Shown piece after piece: positions 14,101 through 25,500 of a DNA stretch of 64,000 nucleotides; position 1 is the stretch's first letter, and every line of letters begins with the position of its first letter. The notes under the pieces were generated by a model that was given only the letters and a program-made list of their open reading frames with translations, was not told the DNA's origin and made no database searches. The DNA is from Macrostomum lignano (taxonomy: Eukaryota): the NCBI GenBank assembly GCA_002269645.1, contig NIVC01000548.1, positions 1 to 64,000 of the forward strand, written 5' to 3'. The position numbers and the translations under genes were made by a program.

Positions 14101-17100
14101 TTCGCTTATTTGCATATGCCATGCTTTTTACTTCGGGTCAGTTATGTAACACTTGGTTATCAGCTGAAAATGCTTTTTTTCTTGTTAAAATGCTTTGGAT
14201 TTGCATTGCTTCTGAACATTTCGAGTCTGTGACTTATTACCCTGCCCTTGTTTGAAACAAGTCAAGACTCTTGAGTCGTGACCTACTTACTAGTCGTGTC
14301 GTGAACTTTAAATAATCTGCCCTCCTCTGTCTGTTTACCGTTTTGTCTCTCTCTCTCCCTCTCTCTCGGTCTAGTTCAATTTGGGTGTTCTTATCTCTCT
14401 CTCTTCCTCTCGCCGGCTTCTGATTGGCTCATTGGCTCTTCAACTTTACCACCCCTCTTTCCTCAGTCGCGCCTCCACTTCACCCCTCCTTATCATAGCC
14501 CGGGTCCCCCTATAAATGTAAGATAATTAGTAAACTTGTTTTGGCCTAGTGGCACAGCCATTCACTTTAGTCTAATTTAAGTTTAACTCATCCTATTCAA
14601 CCAGCTAATTATACGTTTATTGCGGTCTTATAAAGTGATTTTCTACACAGGAGATTTCAACAGAACAAATAGCAGTATTAGAGTATACTGTTGGCGGTCT
14701 CACCCTTTTTGAATATCGCCCACTGGTGCAACATTCAGCGTGGTCTCCCAGAAAAGAAACTTCGACATCAGCAAGCTGACAATCAGCTAAAAACAACAGA
14801 GCAATGCTACTTGTAAGTGGAAAGTCTAAACATGTTTGTTTATTGAATATGAATACCAGCAAACAAAAAATTTTAAACTCACCACGAGAATATCAATAGG
14901 AATCGGCATTCGAATGTACCTGATGCAACGTTCGTTAATAATTTTAACAACTAACAGAATCAGAAAGAAAAATACGAATATTACGAGGGTCGGAACGTTC
15001 ACTTTTGAGTCCAGAGTCTCTTTGATAGCTTCGATGAAGTACTGAAATAGAAAAAAACAATGTTAAAGCATTTACTGCTGACCTCCAGTTAACAAAATAT
15101 CAACTAAACAAGCTTAGTGCAAACAAACATACCTAATCAGGACCAAATTTACGAGAAAACGATCTGAAAGCACCTAATCTACAGGGAAACAATCTGCAAT
15201 CACCCAATCTGCAGGTAATCTATCTAAAATCACCCAATCTACAGGTAAACTATCTACAATCACCCAATCTACAGGGAAACAATCTACAACCACCTAATCT
15301 GCAGGGAAACAATCTACAATCACCCAATCTACAGGGAAACAATCTGCAACCACCTAATCTACAGGTAAACTATCTGCAATCACCCAATCTGCAGGAAAAC
15401 GATCTGCAACCACCTAATCTACAGGTAAACTATCTACAATCATCCAATCTACAGGGAAGCGATCTGCAATCACCCAATCTACAAGGAAACGATCTACAAT
15501 GACCCAATGTTTGAGGAAACGATCTACAATCATCCAATCTAAGAAGAAACGATTTTCAATGTCCCAGTCAGTGGACACAAACATTTATTAGATAAGGGAA
15601 CAACTTCTTACCAGAAAGAATTTTCCGTTGCCACTAATGGTTGGAATCGGCGCCCCAAGAATATTGCGCAGCTGGCTGCTGACGATGTGCAGCGCTGCGC
15701 CGCAAGCGAAAGCTCCGTTGATCGGGTCGGACAGGTAGATGGAGAGAAAGCCGAACTGCATGAAGCCAAGAAGAAGCTGCAGAGCACCGGCGATCATAGT
15801 AACACTTAGGGCCACTCTATCGTTTGCGTCATCTCTGCTGATGCAGGCTACAGCGGCGCAAGGGGAGATAGCAAATGCTCTATTGACTGGCAGGTAAGTT
15901 TGAGAATATTAAACAGTTACTACTAGAGTCTACTTATTGAAAATACCAAATATCCAACCTATCTAACAAGCCAAGAAAGTACGAACTATAATTAATCTTT
16001 TAATACTATGAACCCTATAACCCCAACCTCAGAAATCATTCTTAAATGAGAAAATTACTAAAAATGTTAGTAGCCCGAACAGTTATCACTTAAAAGCAGT
16101 TAATAACACTAAAATACTACTCACTATCGAAGGCAGTAGTATTGCTATCTCCGTAGGCTGTGGTTGCAGTGGTAATCCCAGCCACTGTGGTCAACGCATC
16201 TCCGGCCAGCGTGGTGAAGTTGATGTCCATTGTCGTCGAGTTCGGGGCAGCGCACAGGCCAGCGCCGTTAGGGTACACCTGCTCGATGCCAGCACGGACG
16301 GCCTCGCCGACGAGCAGAGACACGGCACCCTGGCTAGCTGCGGGTCATTGAGAAGCTTGCAACTATAGGTTCACTGCCTGCAGCTACGAGGGAGAATCAA
16401 AAAGTTCTGTCACTTTCCTAACTAGAAACAAAACAAACAACGACGTAACTGTTAATCGTCCTGCACTTTCTCAACAAAGTTCCCACGCAGTGACACACAC
16501 ATGGCTCAGCGCTCTGGTAGCTTCTGAATGCCCGCAGCGTACCAGTCTTCACCATGGTGTTTGCACCACTGATTCCTCACCGAAGATGCCAGTGCAGTCA
16601 CAGAAGCCCAGTGGCGCCCTCGCAGCGAGTTTTTTCAGCGCCGGAAACAGCCAGAAGTCCGATGGGGCCAGGTCTGGCGAATGAGCAGGGTGAGGGAGCT
16701 GCTCGAACCCCAGCTCGCGGATGGCACAGCCTGCGCCTTGTGACAGGTTCTTGTGACCTCTTCTTGATTTCCTCCTTCAGCTGGCGCAATGTGGCAACAC
16801 GTAGGAGTCTCCCGTGACCATCCGCTTCTCAGGCAGCCACTCGATCAGCAGCACCCCTGGCCGATCTTACAAGATGGTGCCTATTCGCTTCTTCATTGAT
16901 GGGACTGCCTTGGCCTTCAACGGAGTGGGCTCATCGGGGCGCTTCCACTGCATGCTTTGAGCTTTGGTCTCCGGCTCGTACAAGGAAAACATCGACTCAT
17001 CCCCCGTCACGGTAGAGTCGAGAAACTCTTGGCGGTGCTGCATCAGGTGGAGTAGGTGCTGACATGCCTGCATCCGATGGCGCTGTATCAGGAGTCAGAA

Positions 17101-18591
17101 GTTTTGGCACCCATCTGGCACAAACCTTCGACATTCCCAGCTGGACCGTCAGCATGGACTTTGCGCTACCATAACTAATGCCACAGGCCTCTGCTATCTC
17201 AGCAATAGTCACTCGCCTGTCTTCATCAAGGAGGCTCCGGACGCTGTCGATAACACTGGTTGGGTCTGCCACTGCGAGGTTCGTCTTTAAAATCACTTCT
17301 GTCTCCTTCAAAACTGTGAATCCAGCGGGTGATGGTGCGATATGACGGTGCAGACTCTCCGTGTTGCTCACGCAAGCGGGCTTCAATTTCCTTTGCTGCT
17401 CTGCCACGTCTCCACTCATAATGGATGACGGCATGTATGGCTTCGCTTGAGACTGACATGGTCACTCAAGGGTGGTTAAGAAAAAATGTTGCAGATTCTT
17501 GAAAGAGTGGCTTAAAAAATTTATGGTTAAGTAGGGGACATGTGTCTATAGTAACAACTAAAATCAATTGAAGTGAACCCCCATGTGCTGAAAATATTAA
17601 GCAATGACAGAACTTTTTGATCGCCCCTCGTACGTAGGTCTTCAGTAGGTCTGGTGTATCTCAGTCCCAAACAAGACTCACAAAATTGTATCCAACTTCT
17701 TATTGGAATCTCATTTTTCAAGCTCCCTATATACTTACTCATGTTAACGTGATTCGAAGTGCCGAATATGAAATAGATGGTCATGGCAAAGAAAGCAGAG
17801 TAGAAACCGGCCTGGGGCCGCATGTTGGCGAGAAGCGAGTAGGCAATGGCTGAAATCGAAGTCGCAAGGGTGGCAGTCGTATAGTTTGTTATTTGTATTT
17901 TGGTATGTTACGAGTATGCTACAGATTTTGTATCGAAATTTACTGAGAATAAATCCCTATCAAAGCAAGCTGAGGTACAGATTCAAGCAGAGGTTCAAAC
18001 AGCTCACCTTGAGAAATTATCAACAGACTCAAACAGCTCAACCTGAGAAATGGTCAACAGACTCAAAAGCAGCTCACCCTGAGAAATGATCAACAGACTC
18101 AAAAGAAACTCACCCTGAGAAATGATCAACAGAATCAAAAGCAGCTCACCCTGAGGAATGATGAACAATCCAACGCTGATCCCAGATAGCAGATCGTAGG
18201 GCCCATACTCTCTGATGTCGTAGTTCAGCAGCACCTTCAGACACGGGAACACCTTGGCGGCGATGCCCAAGGCGATGGCCCGTTTGTCCTTGATCTCCTT
18301 TCCCGCCTTGCGCTCGTCCATGAGGTTCTGCACGTGCGCCTTCTGCTCTTCTGGCTCCATTTTGTTCTGAAAAGTCTCCTCGAGCTGCACCTCGGTGAAG
18401 GCGGGCCGGGAGGCGATTTTTCCGCCTGCCGTCGCTTCGGCGTCGTTGCGGATGCCCGCATCGTTGAGCTGCAGACGGAGGTCGGTGGGGATCTTCCGGC
18501 TTCGACGACTCACCGAGCCGCCGCCGCCTCCGTTGGAAGAGGGCGGCCCGAGACCATCGCCGCCGTTTGATGGTGCAGAGGGACCGGACAT
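11186..18591 (-). CDS. SLC26: SLC26/SulP family anion transporter with STAS domain, paralog A, 14 exons, ~976 aa
   Basis: Exons 18591-18150, 17849-17739, 16337-16125, 15847-15612, 15041-14883, 14786-14704, 13787-13439, 13343-13248, 13160-12984, 12857-12609, 12513-12148, 12076-11973, 11735-11579 (alternative in-frame acceptor 11726), 11374-11186. All introns GT..AG with consistent phase; 2931 nt total. Motifs: DLLSGISVGLFIIPQ, EIDPNQEMIA, GKTQ, IFKFDGSLYFAS, IILDMSACAFTD. No specific orthologue assigned. Confidence 0.93.
11434..11502. repeat. Short ~19-bp tandem repeat (tacctgatctctccggctt, ~4 copies) in SLC26-A intron 13
   Basis: Direct inspection. Confidence 0.7.
15170..15560. repeat. 30-bp degenerate minisatellite (acagggaaacaatctacaatcacccaatct) in SLC26-A intron 4
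   Basis: About 13 units visible. Confidence 0.9.
16387..17630 (-). mobile_element. Defective mariner transposon (1244 bp) in SLC26-A intron 2
   Basis: TA target duplication at 16385-6 and 17631-2. TIRs cgagggagaatcaaaaagttctgtca and cgaggggcgatcaaaaagttctgtca. Frameshifted transposase with N-terminal HTH, WVPKLL, VTGDES and HPAHSPDLAPSDFWLF; the second catalytic-Asp segment (HDNA) appears deleted. TIR resembles irritans/Hsmar2 type as recalled. Confidence 0.93.
18040..18149 (-). repeat. 36-bp splice-donor-containing repeat, 3 units plus older degenerate units, SLC26-A intron 1
   Basis: Same unit as 31630-32179; translates as E(L/F)LL(I/S)LL(I/T)ISQ(G/V). Confidence 0.88.
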
Positions 18592-19529
18592 CGGGGATCA
18601 ACTATTCTTTTCCTTCCCTAAAGTTCGACAAATATTTAGGTGTCTTTATGTTTTTCTTACCGGTTTGAACTGACGACTTTAGAGAGGATTGACAAGTAGT
18701 GCTAGTGATAGAATTGAGCGCAAAGGTGCTTGAGTGACACAGAAGAGCACACTAATGCTTGAGTGACAGAAATGTGACAGTGTTGCTGGTGAGTGACAGC
18801 ATAAGAATAGAAAGTACTCGTAGTACTGAAATGACAGCAAAGGACAGAGGTGATAAAATACGAGCTAATGCTATAAATATTCAGAATTAAACAATGGCAC
18901 TGAGATACTGGTCTAGTCTTACCAATAGAGAGGGCTGTTGCTTCTGCAATGTGAAACGCCTTTACAGGAAAAGTAGCAGTTCAAGATAAGTCGGTTGGTC
19001 ACTAGCGGCAGAGGCGCGGCTCGTAGAAATTTATAGTCATCTTAAACCGAGTAAGACCTGCCGAGAATAGAAGAATATAAGTGATGAATGCATAGTGTAC
19101 AACAGAAAATGCTCACATGCCTCCCGCCCCACTTAAACGCACGATTTCATATAGCTAAGGGTTCAAGCGCACACAATAGGGGGCCATACACCAGTAGCGA
19201 GTATTGCTCTTAAAGAGTTTGACTCACTGGCACCTGGTGGCAGGGTACCCCACCCCTCGCTTCGCCTTTTCACCTCTCTCCCTCGTTCATATCTTTCCTT
19301 TTTTCGTTTGTTTCTCAATCATGCAGGCTTCTAGAAGATTTCTGACAAAATAGAAGCACGTGTACTCGATTGAGCTGGCCAGCCCCGTTCGTTTCTTCTC
19401 TTGCTGGTTGTTGTCCAACGCTCTGGGTGGAATTTTACCGCGTCTTTCCAACTGGATTACGCAATCATAGGGATGCTTAGCAACCCCCTAAAAATACCAG
19501 ACTAGTTATGCTAGTTAATCCTCCTTCTC

Positions 19530-21130
19530 CCATCGCTTGTCTCCCGTCTTCCATCTTCAATCTCCGATCTCCTTTCTCCCAGCTCCCATCTCCTTTCTCA
19601 CAGTTCCTATCTCCCATCTCCTTTCTCCCAGCTCCCATCTCCCATCGCCTTTCTCCCAGCTCCCATCTCCTTTCTCCCAGCTCCCATCTCCTTTCTCCCA
19701 GCTCCCATCTCCCATCTCATTTCTCCCAGCTCCCATCTCCTTTCTCCCAGCTCCCATCTCTCATCTCCTTTCTCCCAGCTCCCAGCTCCCATCTCTCATC
19801 TCCTTTCTCCCAGCTCCCAGCTCCCATCTCTTATCTCCTTTCTCCCAGCTCCCAGCTCCCATCTCTCATCTCCTTTCTCCCAGCTCCCAGCTCCCATCTC
19901 TTTCTCCCAGCTCCCATCTCCTTTCTCCCAGCTCCCATCTCCCATCTCCTTTCTCTCAGCTCCCATCTCCTTTCTCACAGCTCCCATCTGCCATCTCATT
20001 TCTCCCAGCTCCCATCTCCTTTCTCCCAACTCCCATTTCCCATACCCTTTCTCCCAGCTCCCATCTCCCATCTCATTTCTCCCAGCTCCCATATTCTTTC
20101 TTCCATCTCCTTTCTCCCAACTCCCATTTCCCATACCCTTTCTCCCAGCTCCCATCTCCCATCTCATTTCTCCCAGCTCCCATCTCCTTTCTCCCAGCTC
20201 CCATCTCCCATCTCATTTCTTCCAGCTCCCATCTCCTTTCTCCCAGCTCCCATCTCCTTTCTCCCAGCTCCCATCTCCTTTCTCCCAGCTCCCATCTCCT
20301 TTCTCCCAGCTCCCATCTCCCATCTCCTTTCCCCCAGCTCCCAGCTCCCATCTCCTTTCTCCCAGCTCCCATCTCCTTTCTCCCAGCTCCCATCTCCCAT
20401 CTCCTTTCTCCCAGCTCCCATCTCCTTTCTCCTAGCTCCCATCTCCTTTCTCCCAGCTGCCATCTCCTTTCTCCCAGCTCCCATCTCCCATCTCATTTCT
20501 TCCAGCTCCCATCTCCTTTCTCCCAGCTCCCATCTCCTTTCTCCCAGCTCCCATCTCCCATCTCCTTTCTCCCAGCTCCCATCTCCCATCTCCTTTCTCC
20601 CAGCTCCCAGCTCCCATCTCCTTTCTCCCAGCTGCCATCTCCTTTCTCCCAGCTCCCAGCTCCCATCTCCTTTCTCCCAGCTCCCATCTCCTTTCTCCCA
20701 GCTCCCATCTCCTTTCTCCCAGCTCCCATCTCCTTTCTCTCAGCTCCCATCTCCTTTCTCCCAGCTCCCATCTCCTTTCTCCCAGCTCCCATCTCCTTTC
20801 TCCCAGCTCCCATCTCATTTCTCCCAGCTCCCATCTCCTTTCTCCCAGCTCCAATCTCATTTCTCCCAGCTCCCATCTTCTTTCTTCCATCTCCTTTCTC
20901 TCAACTCCTATTTCCCATATCCTTTCTCCCAGCTCCCATCTCCCATCTCCTTTCTCCCATCTCGAACCGATCCTTTCTCCCATTTCCCATCTCTTATCTC
21001 CTTACTCCCACCTCCTTTCTCCCATCTCCTATCTGCCATCTCCCATCTCTCATCTCCCATCTCCAGTCTCCCATCTCCCACCTCTTATCTCGCATCTCCT
21101 ATCTCGCTACTTTCATCTCCCATCTTCCTT
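19530..21130. repeat. 21-bp pyrimidine-rich minisatellite (ctcccagctcccatctccttt) between the SLC26 paralogs
   Basis: Direct inspection; explains ORFs at 19508-21381. Confidence 0.96.
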
Positions 21131-21719
21131 TGCTCACTTCCCGTCTCCCTTTCGCTCCTCGCTCTTCCTTTATAATCTACTCTCTTTTAGTAACTAAATT
21201 TTTCCTTCTATTTTTCTCCTTGCCTTTTCACACATTTATTTTTATTTTAGTCGCAAAAAGTTTTTTTTCTGTTATCTGTTCTCTGAATCCACTCTTGCTA
21301 ACATTTTCCTCTGCCCAAAGGAGCGCATCTCTGCTCTGTGAGAAAAAAATAAAGCCGAACTCAAATTTTGACAATACATAAAGTTCGTTGTGCTACATAT
21401 CGAACAAATTGTAAAGATTCCCGTAGTACGAGTATAATTACAATATTGATTTGCAGTGTAAAATGTGACAGTTGATGCGCAAATTAAATCGATATAAAGT
21501 GGCGGCACAGTTTAACACATACTAAGGAATTTTTCCCTGATTTTCGGGTCACGTCTTGAACAATAGACAAGTAATTAAAACTTAAAACAAATGAAAAGAG
21601 TTAAGAACTTTATTTTAAAATATACACGTAAAATACTATTTGAAAGGCACTAATTTGTCTTTAAAAAGCGTCGTTATTATAAATAACACAGTAGTTGACG
21701 ACTTAATACGTTTATGTAG

Positions 21720-22440
21720 TGGGTTTAGGGTCGGTAGGTTTATGGTGTAGTGTTTTTATAGTTGTCGGTAGGTTTATGGTGTAGTGGGTATAGTTTTAGG
21801 TAGTTTTATGGTGTAGTGGGTTTATAGTTGTCGGTAGGTTTATGGTGCAGTGGATATAGTTGTCGGTAGGTTTACGGTGCAGTGGATATAGTTGTCGGTA
21901 GGTTTATGGTGCAGTGGATATAGTTGTCGGTAGGTTTATGGTGTAGTGGGTTTATAGTTGTCGGTAGGTTTATGGTGTAGTGGATATAGTTGTCGGTAGG
22001 TTTATGGTGTAGTGGGTTTATAGTTGTCGGTAGGTTTATGGTGCAGTGGATATAGTTTTCGGTAGGTTTATGGTGTAGTGGGTTTATAGTTGTCCGTAGG
22101 TTTATGGTGTAGTGGGTTTATAGTTTTCGGTAGGTTTATGGTGTAGTGGGTTTATAGTTGTCGGTAGGTTTATGGTGCAGTGGATATAGTTTTCGGTAGG
22201 TTTATGGTGTAGTGGGTTTATAGTTTTCGGTAGGTTTATGGTGTAGTGGGTTTATAGTTGTCGGTAGGTTTATGGTGTAGTGGTTATAGTTTTCGGTATG
22301 TTTATGGTGTAGTGTTTTTATAGTTGTCGGTAGGTTCATGATACAGTGGGTATAGTTTTCGGTAGGTTTATGGTGTAGTGGGTTTAGTATCCGTAGGTTT
22401 ATGGTGTAGTGGATTTAGTGTCCGTAGGTTCATGGTTTAA
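21720..22440. repeat. 32-34-bp minisatellite (ggtaggtttatggtgtagtgggtttatagttgtc)
   Basis: Direct inspection. Confidence 0.95.
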
Positions 22441-22520
22441 TGGGTTTCGTGCTGGTACATGTAGGCCACATGATCACTATCACGAGACTACAGCGGCTAA
22501 GCTGCTAAACTCAGTCTGTT

Positions 22521-25500
22521 TTAAAATTTTGTCTCGCCCTCGAATCCGGAATTGTCCAGTCCCGGGTGGCCGTCCCTGCCGTCAATGTTGCCCGCGTCTT
22601 GGGACAGCACGAATTTCGCAGCCTGTGGCCCCGCTGTCAGCTGTCCATCTGCAGTCGGCCTGTTGGCACTGTTATTGGACTCGGTCAGTGTTGGCATGCT
22701 CATCACCTGATTGATGATAGCAAGATAGAGCTTTTTATTGGTACATAGGCCTTCCGACTCGTGCTCTGTACCACATTAAATTTCTTCTATCCCTTATTAC
22801 GTCTGCTTAACCCGTGTTGTATCACTATTCCCCTCCGCCCATTTAAACTCTCCACCACCCTCTGACCCTCAATCACTCTCTGACCCTCCCCCACTCTCTG
22901 ACCCTCAATCACTCTCTGACCCTCCGCCACTCTCTGACCCTCCCCACTCTCTGACTCTCACTCACTCTCTGACCCTCCCCAACTCTCTGACCCTCAATCA
23001 CTCTCTGACCCTCAATCACTCTCTGACCCTCAATTACTCTCTGACCCTCCCCCACTCTCTGACCCTCACCCACTCTCTGACCCTCCCCCACTCTCTGACC
23101 CTCCCCCACTCTCTGACCCTCCCCCACTCTTTGACCCTCCCTCACTCTCTGACCCTCACTCACTCTCTGACTCCCCCACTCTCTGACCCTCCCCCACTCT
23201 CTGACCCTCCCCCACTCTCTGACCCTCCCCCACTCTCTGACCCTCACTCACTCTCTGACCCTCTGACCCTTCCCCTCTCTCAACCACTCTTTGTTACCAC
23301 CGCTTCTGTCAGTCCCTCTCAGCCCTCCAGCTCGTCCTTAACAACGAGTTGCAAGAGTAGCCTATATAGCTAGGTGCATCTCACCTGCTGCATGGTCAAC
23401 GGAGGAGCGCTCTGCCCCTGGCCCGACTTAAGTTCGGCGTTTGAATTCCGTCGCCAGGTTTCGTAGCGAATTAGGCGGCGCCTGTCGCGAGCCAATTCTG
23501 CCGCTGACTGCTTCGCCTTGTGGAGGCTGGCGGCGGCGCTGTGGACGGCAAGGTAGAGGGAGTTGGAATTTTGGTGAGCAGCAGGATTTTAGGCACCGGT
23601 AGTGGTAGAACGTTGATGGGTGGCGGGTCGATGGGGATAGCGGGTTGATGGGGTTGTCAGTTGGATCGGTTCTGTGGATTGCCTGATCGATGGTCTGCGA
23701 AATGCGCTGACTTAAAAATTAGATTATCGCAGTACTCACCCTTCAGTAGCAGTACCCTCCTGAGTGGAAGCGGCTGCACTGCCTTCTTGAGGATGAGACC
23801 CATGCCGGTGTTTATCTTCGTCTTCGAGTAATTTGGCCTCATCCTGTGAGCAAAGAAAAAGTCCAGGTATCGGTATCGTATCGGTTAACTCATAATCAGT
23901 TTATCTTAGCTCGAAATTACCTGCAAGAGCTCGTTGTAGAATAAGGACAGGGCGTGAATGACGGCGTCGTGAACTGTTACGAAGAGTCCCTCTTCACTTC
24001 GCTTGGCGTAAAAGTTCGCCTTCCTGAGCTGAGACCTCACCAACCAGGTGCAGCCGCTCAGGTAAATCTCAACGCCGATTTTGCTAAAATCGTCGACAAT
24101 TTGAGACAGCAGGCGGATGCCCACAGCGTCGGTGAAAGCACAGGCGGACATGTCCAGAATGATGCAGAAGACGTTCACTGTGGACGCCGTCTCCTCATTC
24201 TCGGAGTGATAGGCCACCGATTCGAAGTGAGCGCGCTTCTCTTCTACCGGTAAGGCTACCTGGGCTACGATACGGGCTTCGGCCACCTGAAGGCAAAAAA
24301 TGGGATTGCTGATTAGAGAAGGTTAGGGTTTGCTGCCTCACTATGGAATTCTGCTTTGTCACTTCCATCACGAGCTTTCTTTTGGCCCTCAACTTTCCCT
24401 TACCGAATGGCTGCCCTCCTCGGCCACGACTTCGAGTATCCGCCGAACTCCCTCGGCCTGCAGCATGTCAGTCCTCAGGTCGACCTCTCCGTGACCCCGA
24501 CCTTCCCGTTTGGCTCTGGTCTTCGCCTTGGCTAAAATCCGTTTCGGGTTCATAGCCACCTGGCGGTAGAGTCTGTTGCGGTAGTTTTCTGCGCTGGCAA
24601 AGTATAGGGAGCCCTCGAATTTGAAGATCTTCAGGCCGGGTATTTGCTCGGCCTGCAGTTGAAAAGAGAAGAATCGAGCGGGACTTGTCACTAATTGATG
24701 CTTTGAATTCGGCAGTCAATGACGTCAATAACGGAGATCTCGGTCAATTACAACCTGCGATCTTGATCAAAGACTTACCTTCTTATGCTTCTTAATATTT
24801 CTGTAGATATCCGTGTTAGGCAATCGGCCAAGCAGATAAGCCTTGGGCGCCTGAGTCCTGAAGATGACGGTGGCCAGCGAGAAGACGACTCCGATGAGCA
24901 GACCGATGGGCAGGTCGAGGCCGAGAATGCCAGCCAGCGTCACCAGAAATATCGCCTGAAATAGTTACGGAGCTTCCAGGGTTGACAAAGTGATCTGGGG
25001 GAAAATGTGAGCTTAGAAACTTACTTTAAACGTGTATTAGTAACACGTAAAGAAAAAGGAGTCGCGATCAAGACTCTCAGAAAATTTTGTGCAACTGAGC
25101 TGAGTAACTTTTGCTCAATGAATATTTCTATCACTTGAAACCGTAACCTAACCATAGCGAAATTTTTATGCGGTATATGCAGTTTTTTATTCAGCTCAGT
25201 CACAAGTATTGACTTTGCTTAAATTATAAGGTATTACTCAACCCAATGACCAGACCCTAAGGAAAAGACTTCTATAACTGATCTGAGGGAATCGCATCGG
25301 AGCAAGAAACTGCAAAACCTGATAAAAAGTATTGAATAACAGCCTTAGTGTACGGCTGCGCATCAATTACTTATAAAAATGCATGGTAATTGAGCATTTG
25401 ACTACTTTCGAATGGGTTTCCAAAAGTTGTTAGTTTTGCTTATAGATACATTGAAACTAATGTATTCAGCAATCTAACTCAGGCTGGACTTGTGCAGCAT

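Noticed and set aside
14146-14650. Possible solo LTR in SLC26-A intron 6 (tgtaac.., two CCAAT boxes)
   Set aside because: No target duplication or convincing second boundary.
18004-18591. Stand-alone 195-aa ORF (and the 337-aa ORF at 31608-32621) as separate small membrane proteins
   Set aside because: These are SLC26 exon 1 reading through the donor into the intronic repeat.
19508-21381. Long ORFs in the 21-bp array, and similar ORFs at 32597, 39026, 41803 and 49132
   Set aside because: Each is a translation of a minisatellite.
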